64,000 bases of DNA from Octopus vulgaris (Eukaryota): contig OX597817.1 in the NCBI GenBank assembly GCA_951406725.2, positions 20,274,001 through 20,338,000 on the forward strand, in the 5' to 3' direction. The notes under the pieces were generated by a model that did no database searches, was not told the DNA's origin, and saw only the letters and a list, made by a program, of their open reading frames with translations. A program made the position numbers and the translations under genes. Of this stretch, positions 30,596 to 43,535 are shown one piece after another; position 1 is the stretch's first letter; every line of letters begins with the position of its first letter.

Positions 30596-30637
<42 letters not shown>

Positions 30638-30711
30638 TGTGTGTGTGTGTGTGTGTGTCTGTGGAAAAAGGCAAGATAGAAAATGCTAAAAGAATTTTAT
30701 AAAAAACATAT

Positions 30712-30747
30712 CAGTACCGGTTCCAGTGATTGAGACTTTTTCAACTT
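30712..30747 (-). ncRNA. degenerate hammerhead-like motif, U3-A8 variant
   Basis: Minus strand reads AG-TTGAAAA-AGT..ACT-GGA-ACCGGT-A-CT. Stem III is palindromic, A13 is mutated and stem I is short. Confidence 0.35.
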
Positions 30748-30876
30748 TACGTATGGAAAAAAATTAAATTTGGAAAATTTTAAAGAATTAAAAAAAATAT
30801 ATATATGTTTGTATTTTCCTTGTTTCTGTCTCTGTCTCACTTGTGGGTTTGAGGTCGTTGGGAATACTTGGTAGGG

Positions 30877-30892
30877 AAGAAGAAGAAGAAAA

Positions 30893-30923
<31 letters not shown>

Positions 30924-31086
30924 TGAAGAAGAAGATGAAGAAGAAGAAGAAGAAGAAGAAGAAGAAGAAGAAGAAGAAGAAGAAGAAGATGAAGAAGAAG
31001 AAGAAGAAGAAGAAGAAGAAGAAGAAGAAGAAGAAGAAGAAGAAGAAGAAGAAGAAGAAGAAGAAGAAGAAGACGAAGAAGAAGAA
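30877..31086. repeat. (GAA)n tract
   Basis: Direct reading. Confidence 0.95.
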
Positions 31087-31792
31087 TGTCGGAGTGCCAT
31101 GACAGTAGTACGTTGAATGGTGAGCTGGGCTGCCCCGAAAATGACCCGCTGTCGATGGTAGTAGTCACCGTTCAATTCATGAAAATATCGCTTTTGAATG
31201 TTTTGGTTATAAAATTTGCGTAGGTGTTATTCTAAACAGCAATCGTGGTAAAATTAGTAAGGAAAATGAAGGAGACAAAATAAGCATGTGGGATTGAAAT
31301 ATATTCTGTCCATTTATTATTTTTTAAATTTTATTTGTGGGACGTGAAGAATAACGCCCGCTCCTTTACTTTGATGGTCATCATTTTCTTAGGGTACCGG
31401 CACGTTCATTTCTGGTTTTAAATGGTTTTGCAAATGTAGCATTTCGTACTTTTTCTGTAGTAAGTTTAAAGTACGTACTTACCGTTTGTTATCATTGGGT
31501 TCTACAATACAGCTATCACTTAATTTATCATTATTCTATTTGACTATTTTAGTTAGAGACGGAGATCGTCTGATGTTGATTGGACAGTAATATGGCGAGC
31601 GTGTTTACATCTGTTGTACGAGTGAGGGGGATGATACACAGTTCAAATATATATAGGTTCTAATGAATATTACTTACTCGGATATACTCCAATACATTGT
31701 CAGTTATTTTATGTTACATTCGTTGTCTTTATTCCCGATGTTTATGCATAGATTTCGGAGCAATGTTTCATCGCTCTCACTTGTTAACCATA

Positions 31793-31793
<1 letters not shown>

Positions 31794-31823
<30 letters not shown>

Positions 31824-32112
31824 CTTCTTCTTCTTCTTCTTCTTCTTCTTCTTCTTCTTCTTCTTCTTCTTCTTCTTCTCCCCTCCTCCTCCTCCTTCTT
31901 CTTCTTCTTCTTCTTCTTCTTCTTCTTCTTCTTCTTCTTCTTCTTCTTCTTCTTCTTGTTCTTCTCCTCCTCCTCCTTCTTCTTCTTGTTCTTGTTCTTC
32001 CTCTCCTCTCCCTCCTCCTCCTCCTCCTCCTTCTTCGTCTTCTTCGTCTTCCTCTTCCTCTCCTTCTTCTTCTTCTTTCTTCTTCTTCTTTTTCTTTAGC
32101 TTCTTTTTCTTC
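31794..32112. repeat. (TTC)n/(TCC)n polypyrimidine tract
   Basis: Direct reading. Confidence 0.95.
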
Positions 32113-32131
32113 TTTTTATTATTATTATTAT

Positions 32132-35100
32132 TCTATGTTTGACTTTTGCTTTATATTTGTACAAGTTGGCTCCAAGTCTCACCCAGAGACCTCAAGAGAC
32201 AACAGGGTTGGAAGTTCATGTTGTTGTTATGCCTAGTGTGCCATATATTTGGGGGGTGGGGATGTTGTACTAATGAATGTCTAAAAAAAAAAAAAAGTTT
32301 TTTTTTTTTTTTTTTTTTTTTAAACCGAAAATTATGTTTGTTTTAAACCTTGAGATTACATAGAGAGTATTTTGCGTAGGATATGAGCAGTTCCCATGAG
32401 CACTATCTTTTGAACTTCTGCCATTTTTGGGTTTCTTGGTATCTGAGTTAGGTAGCTATCAGCCCCTTTTGCTATCATTCCCAGGGCACCTATGACAACA
32501 GGTATTGTTTTAGTCTTCAGCTTCCACATTTTGCTGATTTCTATTTCAAGATCTTTATATTTGCTCAGTTTTTGGTAGGTCTTGACAGATACGTTTATAT
32601 CGATTGGGACAGTCATATCAATGAGGAGGCATGTTCTTTGTTTGAAGTTTTTCAATATGATGTCTGGCCTATTTGCATCTATCTTCCTGTCAGTTTGAAT
32701 GGTGAAGTTCCAGAGGAGTGAGATGTGGTCATTTTCAAGCACTGGGGGTGGTTTGTGTTCCCACCAGTTTTTTTCATGGGGCAAATCCAGGTTTTTACAG
32801 ATTACCCAGTGAATATATTGTGCAGCTCTATCGTGCCTGTTGAGATACTCTGTAGGCGCTAGAAGACTGCACTTGGAGACCACATGGTCAATGGTTTCAT
32901 TTTGTTGCTTGCATACACGACACGTTGGACTGCTTCTGATCTTTAATATGTTGGCCTGGTAGTTTCTTGTTGGTAGGCATTGATCTTGAGCTGCTATGAT
33001 AAACCCCTCTGTTTCAGATTTTAAGCCAGAGGCCATTAGCCATTGATGGGTCAGGGCTTTGTCGATATCTGCATTATTCGCTCTCTTTGGGTATTTGCCA
33101 TAGAGAGGTTTTTCTTGCCATTTATTATTCAGAATATCTAAGGCCGCAGTTTTGGCACGGGTTTTCATGCGCCTAGCTTTTTCTGTGCTTGTTTCTTGTA
33201 TATCTATCTCTAATTCCGAAATTGGTTGTATTCGGAGTTCACTTAGATATTCCTTTGCCTGTTTTGTGACTGAGTATGATGCTTTCTTGTTTTCATGTTT
33301 TGAGACAAGTTTTAGCATCCAGTCCTCAGAGTTTTTCAGGTAGGTGTCTAGGCCAATTGTAGCAATCTTCATTGTTATTGCCAGTTGCAAAAGACCACGG
33401 CCTCCTCTTTTCTTGGCAGATATAGTCGTTCTGTATCTGCCTTAGGGTGGTGCATTCTATGCATTGTCAACAGTTTCCTTATTTTTCTGTCGAGCTGACA
33501 TATTTCAGTAATTGACCAGTTAACAATATTGAAACTGTAAGTCACGACTGGTATAGCTAATGCATTGGTTGCTTCGATCCTGTTTCTTGCATTCAGCTCT
33601 GTCTTGAGTATTGCTCTCACTCTTCGATAGCATTCTCTCCTGATCCTTTCCTTCATCTCTGAATGCCTTATTCCGTTCCCTTCAATTATCCCTAGGTACT
33701 TGTAGCTCTCCGCTGGGTCTAGTTCTTTTATGACATTCTGTTGGTCAAGGTTAACGTTAGATGTTTCTGTCATTTTTCCTTTGATAAAGGTAGCCTTTGC
33801 ACATTTATCGAGGCCGAATTGCATTCTGATGTCGTCACTGAATTGTTTGACTATCGCTAGTAAGCCCTTGAGTTGTTGATCATTTTTTGCAAAAAGCTTT
33901 AAATCATCCATGTAAACGAGATGATTTATATTTTTATCAAACATTTTATACCCGTACTGCGCGTCATTGAGCAGCTTTGAGAGAGGTATTAAGGATAAAC
34001 AAAAGAGGAGTGGTGACAGTGAGTCACCCTGGAAAATGCCACACGAAATTTTTACATCACCAGCATTTAGGGATTCACTGTCACTGTTCAGAGTTAGTGT
34101 GGTTCTCCATGATCTCATACTTACAGTCAAGAAGTTTCGCAGAGTTGGTGCTATCTTATACATTTCAAGGCATTTCCTAATCCAGCTATGTGGTAGGCTA
34201 TCAAAAGCCTTTTTATAGTCTATCCAGGCTATTGATAAGTTTTTGTGTCGTTTGTGACAATCTTCTAAGATCATCTTATTGATGAGTAGTTGGTCTTTAC
34301 AGCCGTAGGATCCACGTTTACATCCTTTCTGTTCATTAGGGAATATGCTGCTGTCTGTTAAAAAACTATAGGTATATTCCGTCAGGACAGATGTTAGTGT
34401 TTTGTACATAGTTGTTAAGCAGGTTATGGGTCTATAGTTTTTTGGTTCATTTGTTTCTTCACTTTTTGGAAGCAGGAATGTTAACCCATTAACTAGCCAA
34501 GGAGGCATCCTACTAGGGTGTTTCAAAACATCATTGTACAGTTCTGTTAGCAGTTCATGGCTCTCTGGGAAGGCATTCAGCCAGAAGTTAGGAATTTTAT
34601 CCTTTCCTGGAGACTTCCATTTGCTTGACCTCCTGAGAGCAGATCTTATATCTTCTACCTTGACACCCTCCCACTTTTGCTCTTCTAAGGGGTCCAGTTC
34701 TGTAGATATTATGTCAATCCAGGGGGCCTTTTCGTTGTGTGTTTTTTCTTCTGCCCAGATTTTATTTCAAAATCTCTGCACTTCTTCTTTTGATGGTACA
34801 GACCCTGCAGTAAACGCTGTTTTTCCTATCTTCCTGTAAAAATTCTTGGTGTTATTTTTGAACATGTTGTTGTCCTTGAAAAATCTAACACGCTTTTCAT
34901 ACCTCGCTATGCGGGCAGCTTTGGCAGATACCTTTTGTTTGATGGTTTCTATGGTGGCATCAATATCAAGTATAGTTTTCATATTGTATTTTTTCAGTAA
35001 TTTTTGGGTTTTTGTAGGTTTGGTAATCTTGTGAGCCTTAAGGTTTTTCAAATATTCAATGTCAGATCTAAATATTTTAATTTGTTGTTGCAGACGCTCT

Positions 35101-35530
35101 TGCCAAGAAGGCTTTTGTGGGACTGTTGCCGTTTTCTAATCTTTACACCACATAGGATCGTTGAGATTTTCGCGGATGCATAGTATAGGTGGTTGAGGTT
35201 TGTGATATCAACATCATTAACTGAAATTATATCCTTAAGTGCAAGCCGGATTTTACCAATTATTTTCATGTTTTGGTTAGAGTTGCGGATTTTAGGAAGT
35301 GTATCACGCTCATCCATGCTGGTTTCTTTAATTTTCAGCCATTCAATCATGATTTGATTTTTTAGCTCATGTAGTTCTGTTGGGTCAATATTTGTGTGAC
35401 TTTCTTTATCTATTTGATGCTCATCTGTCTTAGTGTTTATGGTTGGTTCAGGGCGTATTTCACTTTGCCTATCACTTATACTAACTCTTTCAATCCTCTC
35501 TTCGTTTTTATCCGCCCTGGGCTGGTCTAT
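32132..35530 (-). mobile_element. R4-clade (Dong-like) non-LTR retrotransposon, 5'-truncated and frameshifted, in (TAA)n
   Basis: RT motifs NYRPITCL, WIDYKKAFDS, GIFQGDSLSP and YMDDLKL (33375-34526). CRVCKQQNETIDHVVSKC, RHD and RPDI…LIDMTVP…KLSKY restriction-like endonuclease (32356-33390). TAA repeats at both ends. Confidence 0.95.
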
Positions 35531-35712
<182 letters not shown>

Positions 35713-38700
35713 ATAGAAGCAGTAGCAGTATTAATAGTTGATCTTGCTGTTTATTTTTCTAGAAGTGGTAGATGTCGTTACTGTTGCCTTTGCAGTTACT
35801 TTAATCGCGTCTATAGAATAAATAATAGATCCAAGATCTTCTTACCGACTTCAGTCAATACCAAAACCAATTCCTTCCAATCAATATTCAACCTATTCTG
35901 TATACACGCATTATGATATAGGAATCAATTCACCGTTAACGTTTATTCCATGTAAAATATGTCGGCAATTCGTTAGTGATTTAGCACATTGCGTTACGTC
36001 AGTTACAAATGTCATATACACTAGTTAATTAGCAAATTAATATTTACTTCCATTGCGTGTTGATTAATATTCGATATATCGTTCATGAATATTAGTTGAA
36101 AATTTGTTCATAAATGTTATTCCGTTGCTAATGTAAAAGTCCAGTGTTAAGTAATTCATTACAGACGGGATAAAAACCTACCGTTTATATATATTTATTC
36201 TTTCCTGAGAAGAAAAGTAGAATTTTCTAATCGAATTGGTCTATGTTTTATTTGCTGTATTCCCAACGATGGTAACTTCTTAAAATATTTGAGATACTAG
36301 CTACCTACACAGCACACCGTTTGGAACACAACGTTGAGCTTTGAAAGTTTAAAATGTTTTAATGAAATAAATTTTAGGAACATAATTTTTCCTCAATGAC
36401 TATTACATTTAAAAAGTGTATTAGACTGTCTGAATTTCCGTTGTATTAGATAGTGAAAAATATGCATGACAGCAGTAATAGAATCATAATGATGTGCAAA
36501 ATTGGAGATAGGTATGCAAGAAACATTACGATAGGAAAATATAACATGACAGTATGTATAAAAGTATATGTGTGTAAGTAAAAACTAGAACAATAGACAC
36601 CATTTTTATGACAAACGCACAGTGTATTTTATCACATGGTACTGTTCATTTAGAATCATCACCAACGCTTATATTTCATCCTGAAGCCTTCTGTGGCAAA
36701 TAATGAGGCGTTTTTACGAACACATTACAGACTCCTATAGAGAATTTTTGTGGATACCAAAAATAGCAATATGCGACATATCTGTATAGGAATACAGTTA
36801 AAACACATAGTGTGTATGGATATTCTATTCTTGTAGAAGATAAAGATAAAGCCAAAATGTGCAAGATATTAGACATAAACGAATGTTAATAAAATAAACG
36901 ATGAGTAGAGGACTTATGAGGAATATATACAAGATAAAAGTTTCGATTATGAAACGCTACCTAATATGATGTATGTGACAAGTATATTTTCATATGGCTA
37001 TTGTATGTTGAAATCTTTGTAATCATAACAAGAAAATATGTTTTCATATGCGAGTAATATTTTAATGGGAGTATTATTTTATTGTCGGTGGACTTTGTTC
37101 TTCATTCGGTATTTGAAGAAATGATAAATTCAACAATATACAATGTAGAGTAGAGCGTTATATTATATGATAGCAAGTTGACAGTGGTTAGTATATAGCT
37201 CAGGCTACAAATATTATAATATCAAAAGTAAAGTAGCGTGAGTATCACCAACTAGAACATGACGATTTTGAGAGTAAATTTATTACATCTGGGACGTAGC
37301 AGTTATGATCATATACAAGAGAACATGAGATATAAAAGGATGGAAATACCAGTTCTGACGTTTAGATGAGACAATCCAGGTCATAAATCACTGAAGATTT
37401 GGAAAGCCGATAACATAAAATATTTAGTATTATTTATACTGAAACTATAGTAACAAAAGGAAATATAGCAGTCAGATATATAACATACCTGGACAATAAT
37501 TAATACTAACGCTGAATTTATCGTTAATAATATGTTCGAAATAATATCTTGATAATTAACGACCTGCGTTTTGAACACTAAAGCATTTGTTGCAGGATTA
37601 ATTAATACTTAAGGAGCAATTAATAATGGTAAAGACATTCTGCTCACCTGCACCCTTGGTCATATGTACCCATCTCTTTTAGCAACAGAACGGTTATCAC
37701 AATGGCGATTATTCCCTCTCAGATACTGTATCTTTCTCAGTTTCTTGACGAGGTTCGAAAAATTTTAAATCCTTTTTCTCCATCATAACCGGGGTTTTGT
37801 ATGTTCTTGTGAATTCAAATTGGATTTATTAGCGACTTCTTCAAGATCCAAAACCTCTTAATATATAGGTTATGGTAATTTGGTTACGTGTTAGATTTCC
37901 CGAAAAAAATTGGTGCAGTGTATCACTTCCTTAAACTTGTTACCTAAACATGACTAGTGAATATATTCTCTATCCAAAGCGCAAGTCCGGATATTGTGGG
38001 GGAGGGGGCTACTTGAATTGAACGATCTCAGTACGCAACTCGTACTTAATTCATCGACCCCGAAAGGATGAAAGGCAAAGGCCACCTCGCCGTGTGACTA
38101 CGGATTATATTGATACAAATTTAGGTAAGGTACTCATATTTTATGCATGATTTATCTACAATATTTTCTAAAAATAAGTTGAATGGCCTCATATGCAAAT
38201 ATAAATCAAAGTATCTACGTTTTGCCTAAATTATTTGATGTGCAATAAAGACTGCTTTCTTACTGAAGTAGTGAAAATGTTTCACCATTTCACAGGTTGC
38301 ACCTGTATGCTATAGACCTACTACCATTGTTATTACTAAATTGCATCTAAATATATTTGCTAAAATGTGTATCAGATGACAGCAAATAATCGATTACGTT
38401 TATAAATTCCAGGTAACATTCGGAGTCTTACGTGAATTATTAGATTTTTAATTAATTCATTAATTTTGGCAAGTTAATACATTGGTCTACTCGTTTGGAA
38501 TATTTAAGATATTAACAAACGTAAAAGGAAATGGTGAATCTTTCAAACAAATGTCTCTCCTAATCAAAATTTCACCAAAGAACGCTTGGTTGCAAGGGAA
38601 ATGAAATCCCATTGACCTTGCGCTCATCTCTAAATTGATTTGTGTTCTACTGTAAATGCCAAACATTTTCAGTCATGCTACAATCGAAGAATAATATTTT

Positions 38701-41685
38701 AGACAAATTATTTTCTGCGATATGCGTTTCTAGTTCTAATCTGCTGTCTGTAGTTTTCCTTTGATGAAATATATACGTAAAAGTCTATATTTATTAAGCA
38801 AAATGTTGCGCATACTATTGAAGGAAGGGGCGTAATTTTATTCGGTAATAAAGAAGATATATATGCTTTGTAACTTATATCACATCCACCCGTCTATCAA
38901 TTACATATTTACATCTCTTTCTTTCTTTCTCTCTCTGTCTCGTGACACACAAACACAGTGACAGACATGCACATGCATATTCATCCGCTATTATTTATTC
39001 TCATGATTACGTTGTTGTCTTTTCGACTTACCGCTTCAAATGTAATTTATATTTAGCTGTATCGCCTAAATATCAATGATGGTATATGCTAGCGGAACTA
39101 CATATTTGACGAATGTGATAAGGAAATAACGTAGAAAGAAAACATGAATACAAAGGAATTTTAAGGAAATGTTTAATATTCTAACTTTGGCTTAATATTT
39201 AGATGTAAAGATATTCATATTAGCAAAAATAATTCTACATATAGAGTTCATAACATAGGCAAAAGTCAGGTATATTAAAACTATGTATCTCTATGGCGAA
39301 CCAGTAATTATGTGAGGCTCTCTTATCGCCTTTGGAAATAATATATTATTAAATTTACACAAAATATTTTAACCGAGCGAAATGCACATACATATTAAAA
39401 ATTACATAATGTAGAAAGAGATATAATACCTTGCAGTACCAGATAGTGACGTGTATAAGTTTTGTAATCTATCGAGTTTAGAAAATAAAGGATAGACTCC
39501 TTTTTATATGCATTACGTTAAAAAGGAGCATGTTGCATCTACTTTTAGTAGAATGCTGGCTTGCTGTTTCACTGAGAAGGTGCAAAACACAAAGAACACA
39601 CAGGGAAAAAAAGTTCTATTCAATTTCGTAATGATAGAAATAAATAAAGAAAGAAGCAAGTCCCAAGTCTATGGGTAGAGATTGCGAGACACAGCAGTAC
39701 GGGAGAAGAAAAAATGTTCTTACCGCTTGTCATCCGCGACTGAATATAAGCTCACAAAAAAGATCGCTATATTGCGCACGAAAGCTATGGGTGGCGAAAG
39801 GTAAAATGTTGATGTTGACATACGATGGTAAAAATCCGACCAGAAGATAGATTACTTTTGAGTAATTCTCGCAAGCAGAAGTGCTACATAAATATTACAT
39901 CGAAAGAACCACTAAAGTAGTAATACAAGAAAAAGTATTTTTGACATCAGCGTGGCTGAAATTATGTGCCAATCTGTATTATATGCAAAATAAACTGTTT
40001 GAACATAGGTATTGTAGAAATGAAAAGGAGTGTTGAGAGAAGTTTGCAAGATCCCTAAGAACTGCATGATGTGGTTCAACCTTTCTAAGAAGTGGGGATT
40101 AAAATGCTTTGATGGGCTTGAAAGGTGACATAGAGGGGCCAAGTGGAAACGGCGGAAAAAAAGTAAGTTTGAAGGATGCAAGTTTGTAGACCGGTAGAAG
40201 CCTACACTTCAGGTACATTTATGCACTGATATAGAGGACGGTGTGCAGGAAATATTCGACATATTAAAAGAATTTATACGGTATGTAAATGTACAAGATC
40301 CAGTTAACATGCCGTTTTTCGATACAGAAACCACTGTATAGTGAAGTAACAAAGGTATAGAGTCATGTACTATGTACAGATAGAGGATGTCACAGAGTTA
40401 CTGCATTTGTTAGGGCAGAAGGACAAAAAGATAAGGACACAGAGAGTGGGGAGAAGCTTGTTGAAAGAGCTGAATTGAACCCGAGCTAACATCTTTGATA
40501 ACGCATCGTGGGATGTTAAAAATGAAATAGGTTTTAGAAGATTGCTAAAGAATATTAGCAACTATTGCTTGAAATACAGTATAACCTAAAAGAAAAACTG
40601 ATTTGTAAACTGTGGCAGAGGAAATAAAGAAGTAGGTCTCTAGCAGAATCGTACGAGTCAGGAGATCCTGCAAAAGAATCGCAGGATATCAGCAGAATAA
40701 TCTCTTAAACACTTGTATCATAATTTCAGTAGTGGAAATGGATATAATGTATCTCATTGTTCAGACGAAGAAACACAATTTGGACTGTTACAAAGTGTTG
40801 GCTTCTCAGCAGTAAAAGAGGAGTTTCTACGGGAGGAGTTTAATATCTTTCAACAGTTCTCTGTAACGTTTTCCAGTAACATCATGTGCATAGCTTCCTT
40901 TTGCGTAGAGAATTGTCTGGTATAAAATATTTTCTGAAGGAAATTCTGGATTGTGTTTTGGGTGTTTTGTCACCTTATTCCTGTCGTAATTTTAGTTTTA
41001 CCCGGATCATATGACGATGTAATTGTATTGTTGAGAGCTGTTTGCATTCTTTATTGATGCTGAGTTCCTTTGCTTCTTCTGAGTTCATTTTGCTTACATT
41101 TTTTGATACCTATTGGACCAGGTATTATTTGTAATTTTTTTCTTTAATGCCACATATTCTGCTAATTTTAAATCTAAGACTCTTCATTAACAATTATGCA
41201 AACAACAATTATTTATATAAATATATAGTGCGTGTGTTTTTATTGGCTAAACTGGCAATATGACCATTCCGAAATATAACAATAATTATACTGGAATTCT
41301 ATTAACGAGGATAATATAATTTAAATAGTAAATTAGTCGGGTCCGGTTTAGGATAAATATTATAATATAAAAGATTTTATAGGTTGAATACCAGAGAATT
41401 CTGAGAAACATGCCACTAGAAATAACCAAAGGCACCTATCCTAAAATATGCAAAGCAATCGTAATACGGTGAATCGTAAATGACCTTGAGTAATGGAAGC
41501 TATTTTTAGTGATATATAGCTTTGTGACAGAGCTCCATCGGATTCTTAATTGTGCCTTCAATAAATTAATATATTTTAATGCAACATCATTCAGTAGTCT
41601 TGTGAATGCACGTTGTTGCCCCCAAAATTCTATTGTTTCCTTTTCTGAAAACTTTTTTGCATGAATAGGTAAGGAATTTGTTGAA

Positions 41686-43535
41686 GTTAGTTAGTTAGTT
41701 AGTTAATTTGGCTCAAAAGCAAATAGCAAGGCCATGTAGGGGGACATGGAGTTAAGTACAGGGTGGTGTTCATGTAAAGAGTTCAGGCCACTTGAGGTCC
41801 AGGGAGGCTTTGAACAAAGCGGTCGTCGGCATCTTCACCATCTCGTCTGGCAGCTTGTTCCACGGATCCGCAACCCGGACGGAGAAAGCTCCTCTCCTTC
41901 GATTGAGATGGAATCGTCGCAGGTAGAGCTTTTCGGAATGACCCCGCAGCCGACGCTCTGGAGCAGGAGTGAAGAACAGCTCTTTCGAGAGGTTACACTT
42001 TCCGCTTATGATGTTGTGGGCGAGAATGAGATCGCCACGGCGGCGGCGTTTTTCAAGAGAATAAAGGTCGAGCGTCCTCAGCCTTTCTTCGTAGGACAAA
42101 TTTTTGAGACCATGAACCATGCGGGTAGCCAGCTTCTGGACTCTTTTGAGATGATGTATGTCTTTGAGGAGATAAGGAGAAGAGGCTCGAATCCCATACT
42201 CCAATATGGGTCTCACCAGCGTGACATAGAGTGGTAGGAATATGTCTGCTGTGAGCATTCCGAATGACCGTCGAATCAAGAACAGAGTTCCGCGTGCTTT
42301 GTTGGCAGCATGGACGCACTGGGCCGAAGGCGAAAAGGAGGAATCTACCAAGATACCCAGGTCCTTTACCTGATCGGTCCTCTCCAGCAGCAGACGACCC
42401 GGCTCGAAATCAAGTTGAGTTGCAGGAGTAGAGCCGACAGGCAGGTGACAGCACTTTGACACATTCAGACACAGGTCCCAATCGTTAGACCACTTCCAAA
42501 TTTGGTGGAGGCATCGACGAAGATCCTCTATATCACCGCGAGGAGGGACCAGTTTGATATCGTCGGCAAATAGAAGGGTGTGTTCCGTGAGGTCGTCGGG
42601 CAAGTCATTTATGAAGACTAAGAACAATAAGGGCCCAAGCACTGAACCTTGAGGCACGCCACTGCTCGCACTGGAGACGTCGGACCGCGAACCATTAACT
42701 TGGACTTGGAAGGAGCGATCTGAGAGGAAGGCACCAACCCATCGTACAATATCCGGATGGAAACTATATGCTTGAAGCTTCACAAGTAATAGGCGGTGGT
42801 TTACCGAGTCAAAAGCTTTGGCAAAGTCCAATAAAACGATGTCAACAGCATCACTATCATCGAGGATGCGCGTCACCAATTCTTCCATTACTAGTAAGTT
42901 GGTCAAGCATGATCTCTTCGGCACGAAGCCGTGTTGAGAATCAGAGATAGAGGCTGTGTTTAGGAGGTGGAGCATCGCACTTTTCTTAAGGATGGTTTCG
43001 AACATCTTGCTGATTATTGATGTAAGGGAAACCGGTCGGTAGTTAAGCGGGTCTTCGCGGCTCCCTTTCTTGAAAATTGGGCAGATTATCGCTGTTCTCC
43101 AGTCTGCAGGTATAACACCCGTCGCCAATGACATATTGAAAAGTCGTGTTAAGGTCTCGCAGATGGCCGGAGCCAACGCTTTGATAACCCGTGGGTGTAT
43201 GCCGTCAGGGCCGTGACCCTTGTTGACATCGAGGCCTTGAATAACACGTTTGACTTCGTCCCGCGTGATGACCAATCGAATCATTGGAGGTACCGATCTA
43301 TCAAATGGAGGGGGTTCACGACCATCATCTTGTTTGAAAATAGTTGAAAAAGCCTCGGCAAATAATTGACTCTGTTGATAAGGGTCCTCAATCGATACGC
43401 CTGTTGAGTCTACCAACGTTGCAATCTGGTTGTTCAAGCGGGAATTCCGCTGGACATGGGCAAAGAAGGTTTTTGGATTGCTACTGGCATTTGCCGCGAT
43501 TTTGTATTCATAACTGAAGCGTTCTTTCTTTACCC
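41686..43535 (-). mobile_element. 5'-truncated CR1-clade LINE with an uninterrupted 555-aa RT/C-terminal frame and (AACT)n tail
   Basis: ORF 41770-43437 has GPDGIHP, NYRPVSLTS, LDFAKAFDSV, GVPQGSVLGP, FADDIKL and RGHSEKL…FSVRVADPWNKLP. Short 3' UTR with hairpin CCATGT-CCCCCT-ACATGG. Confidence 0.95.
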
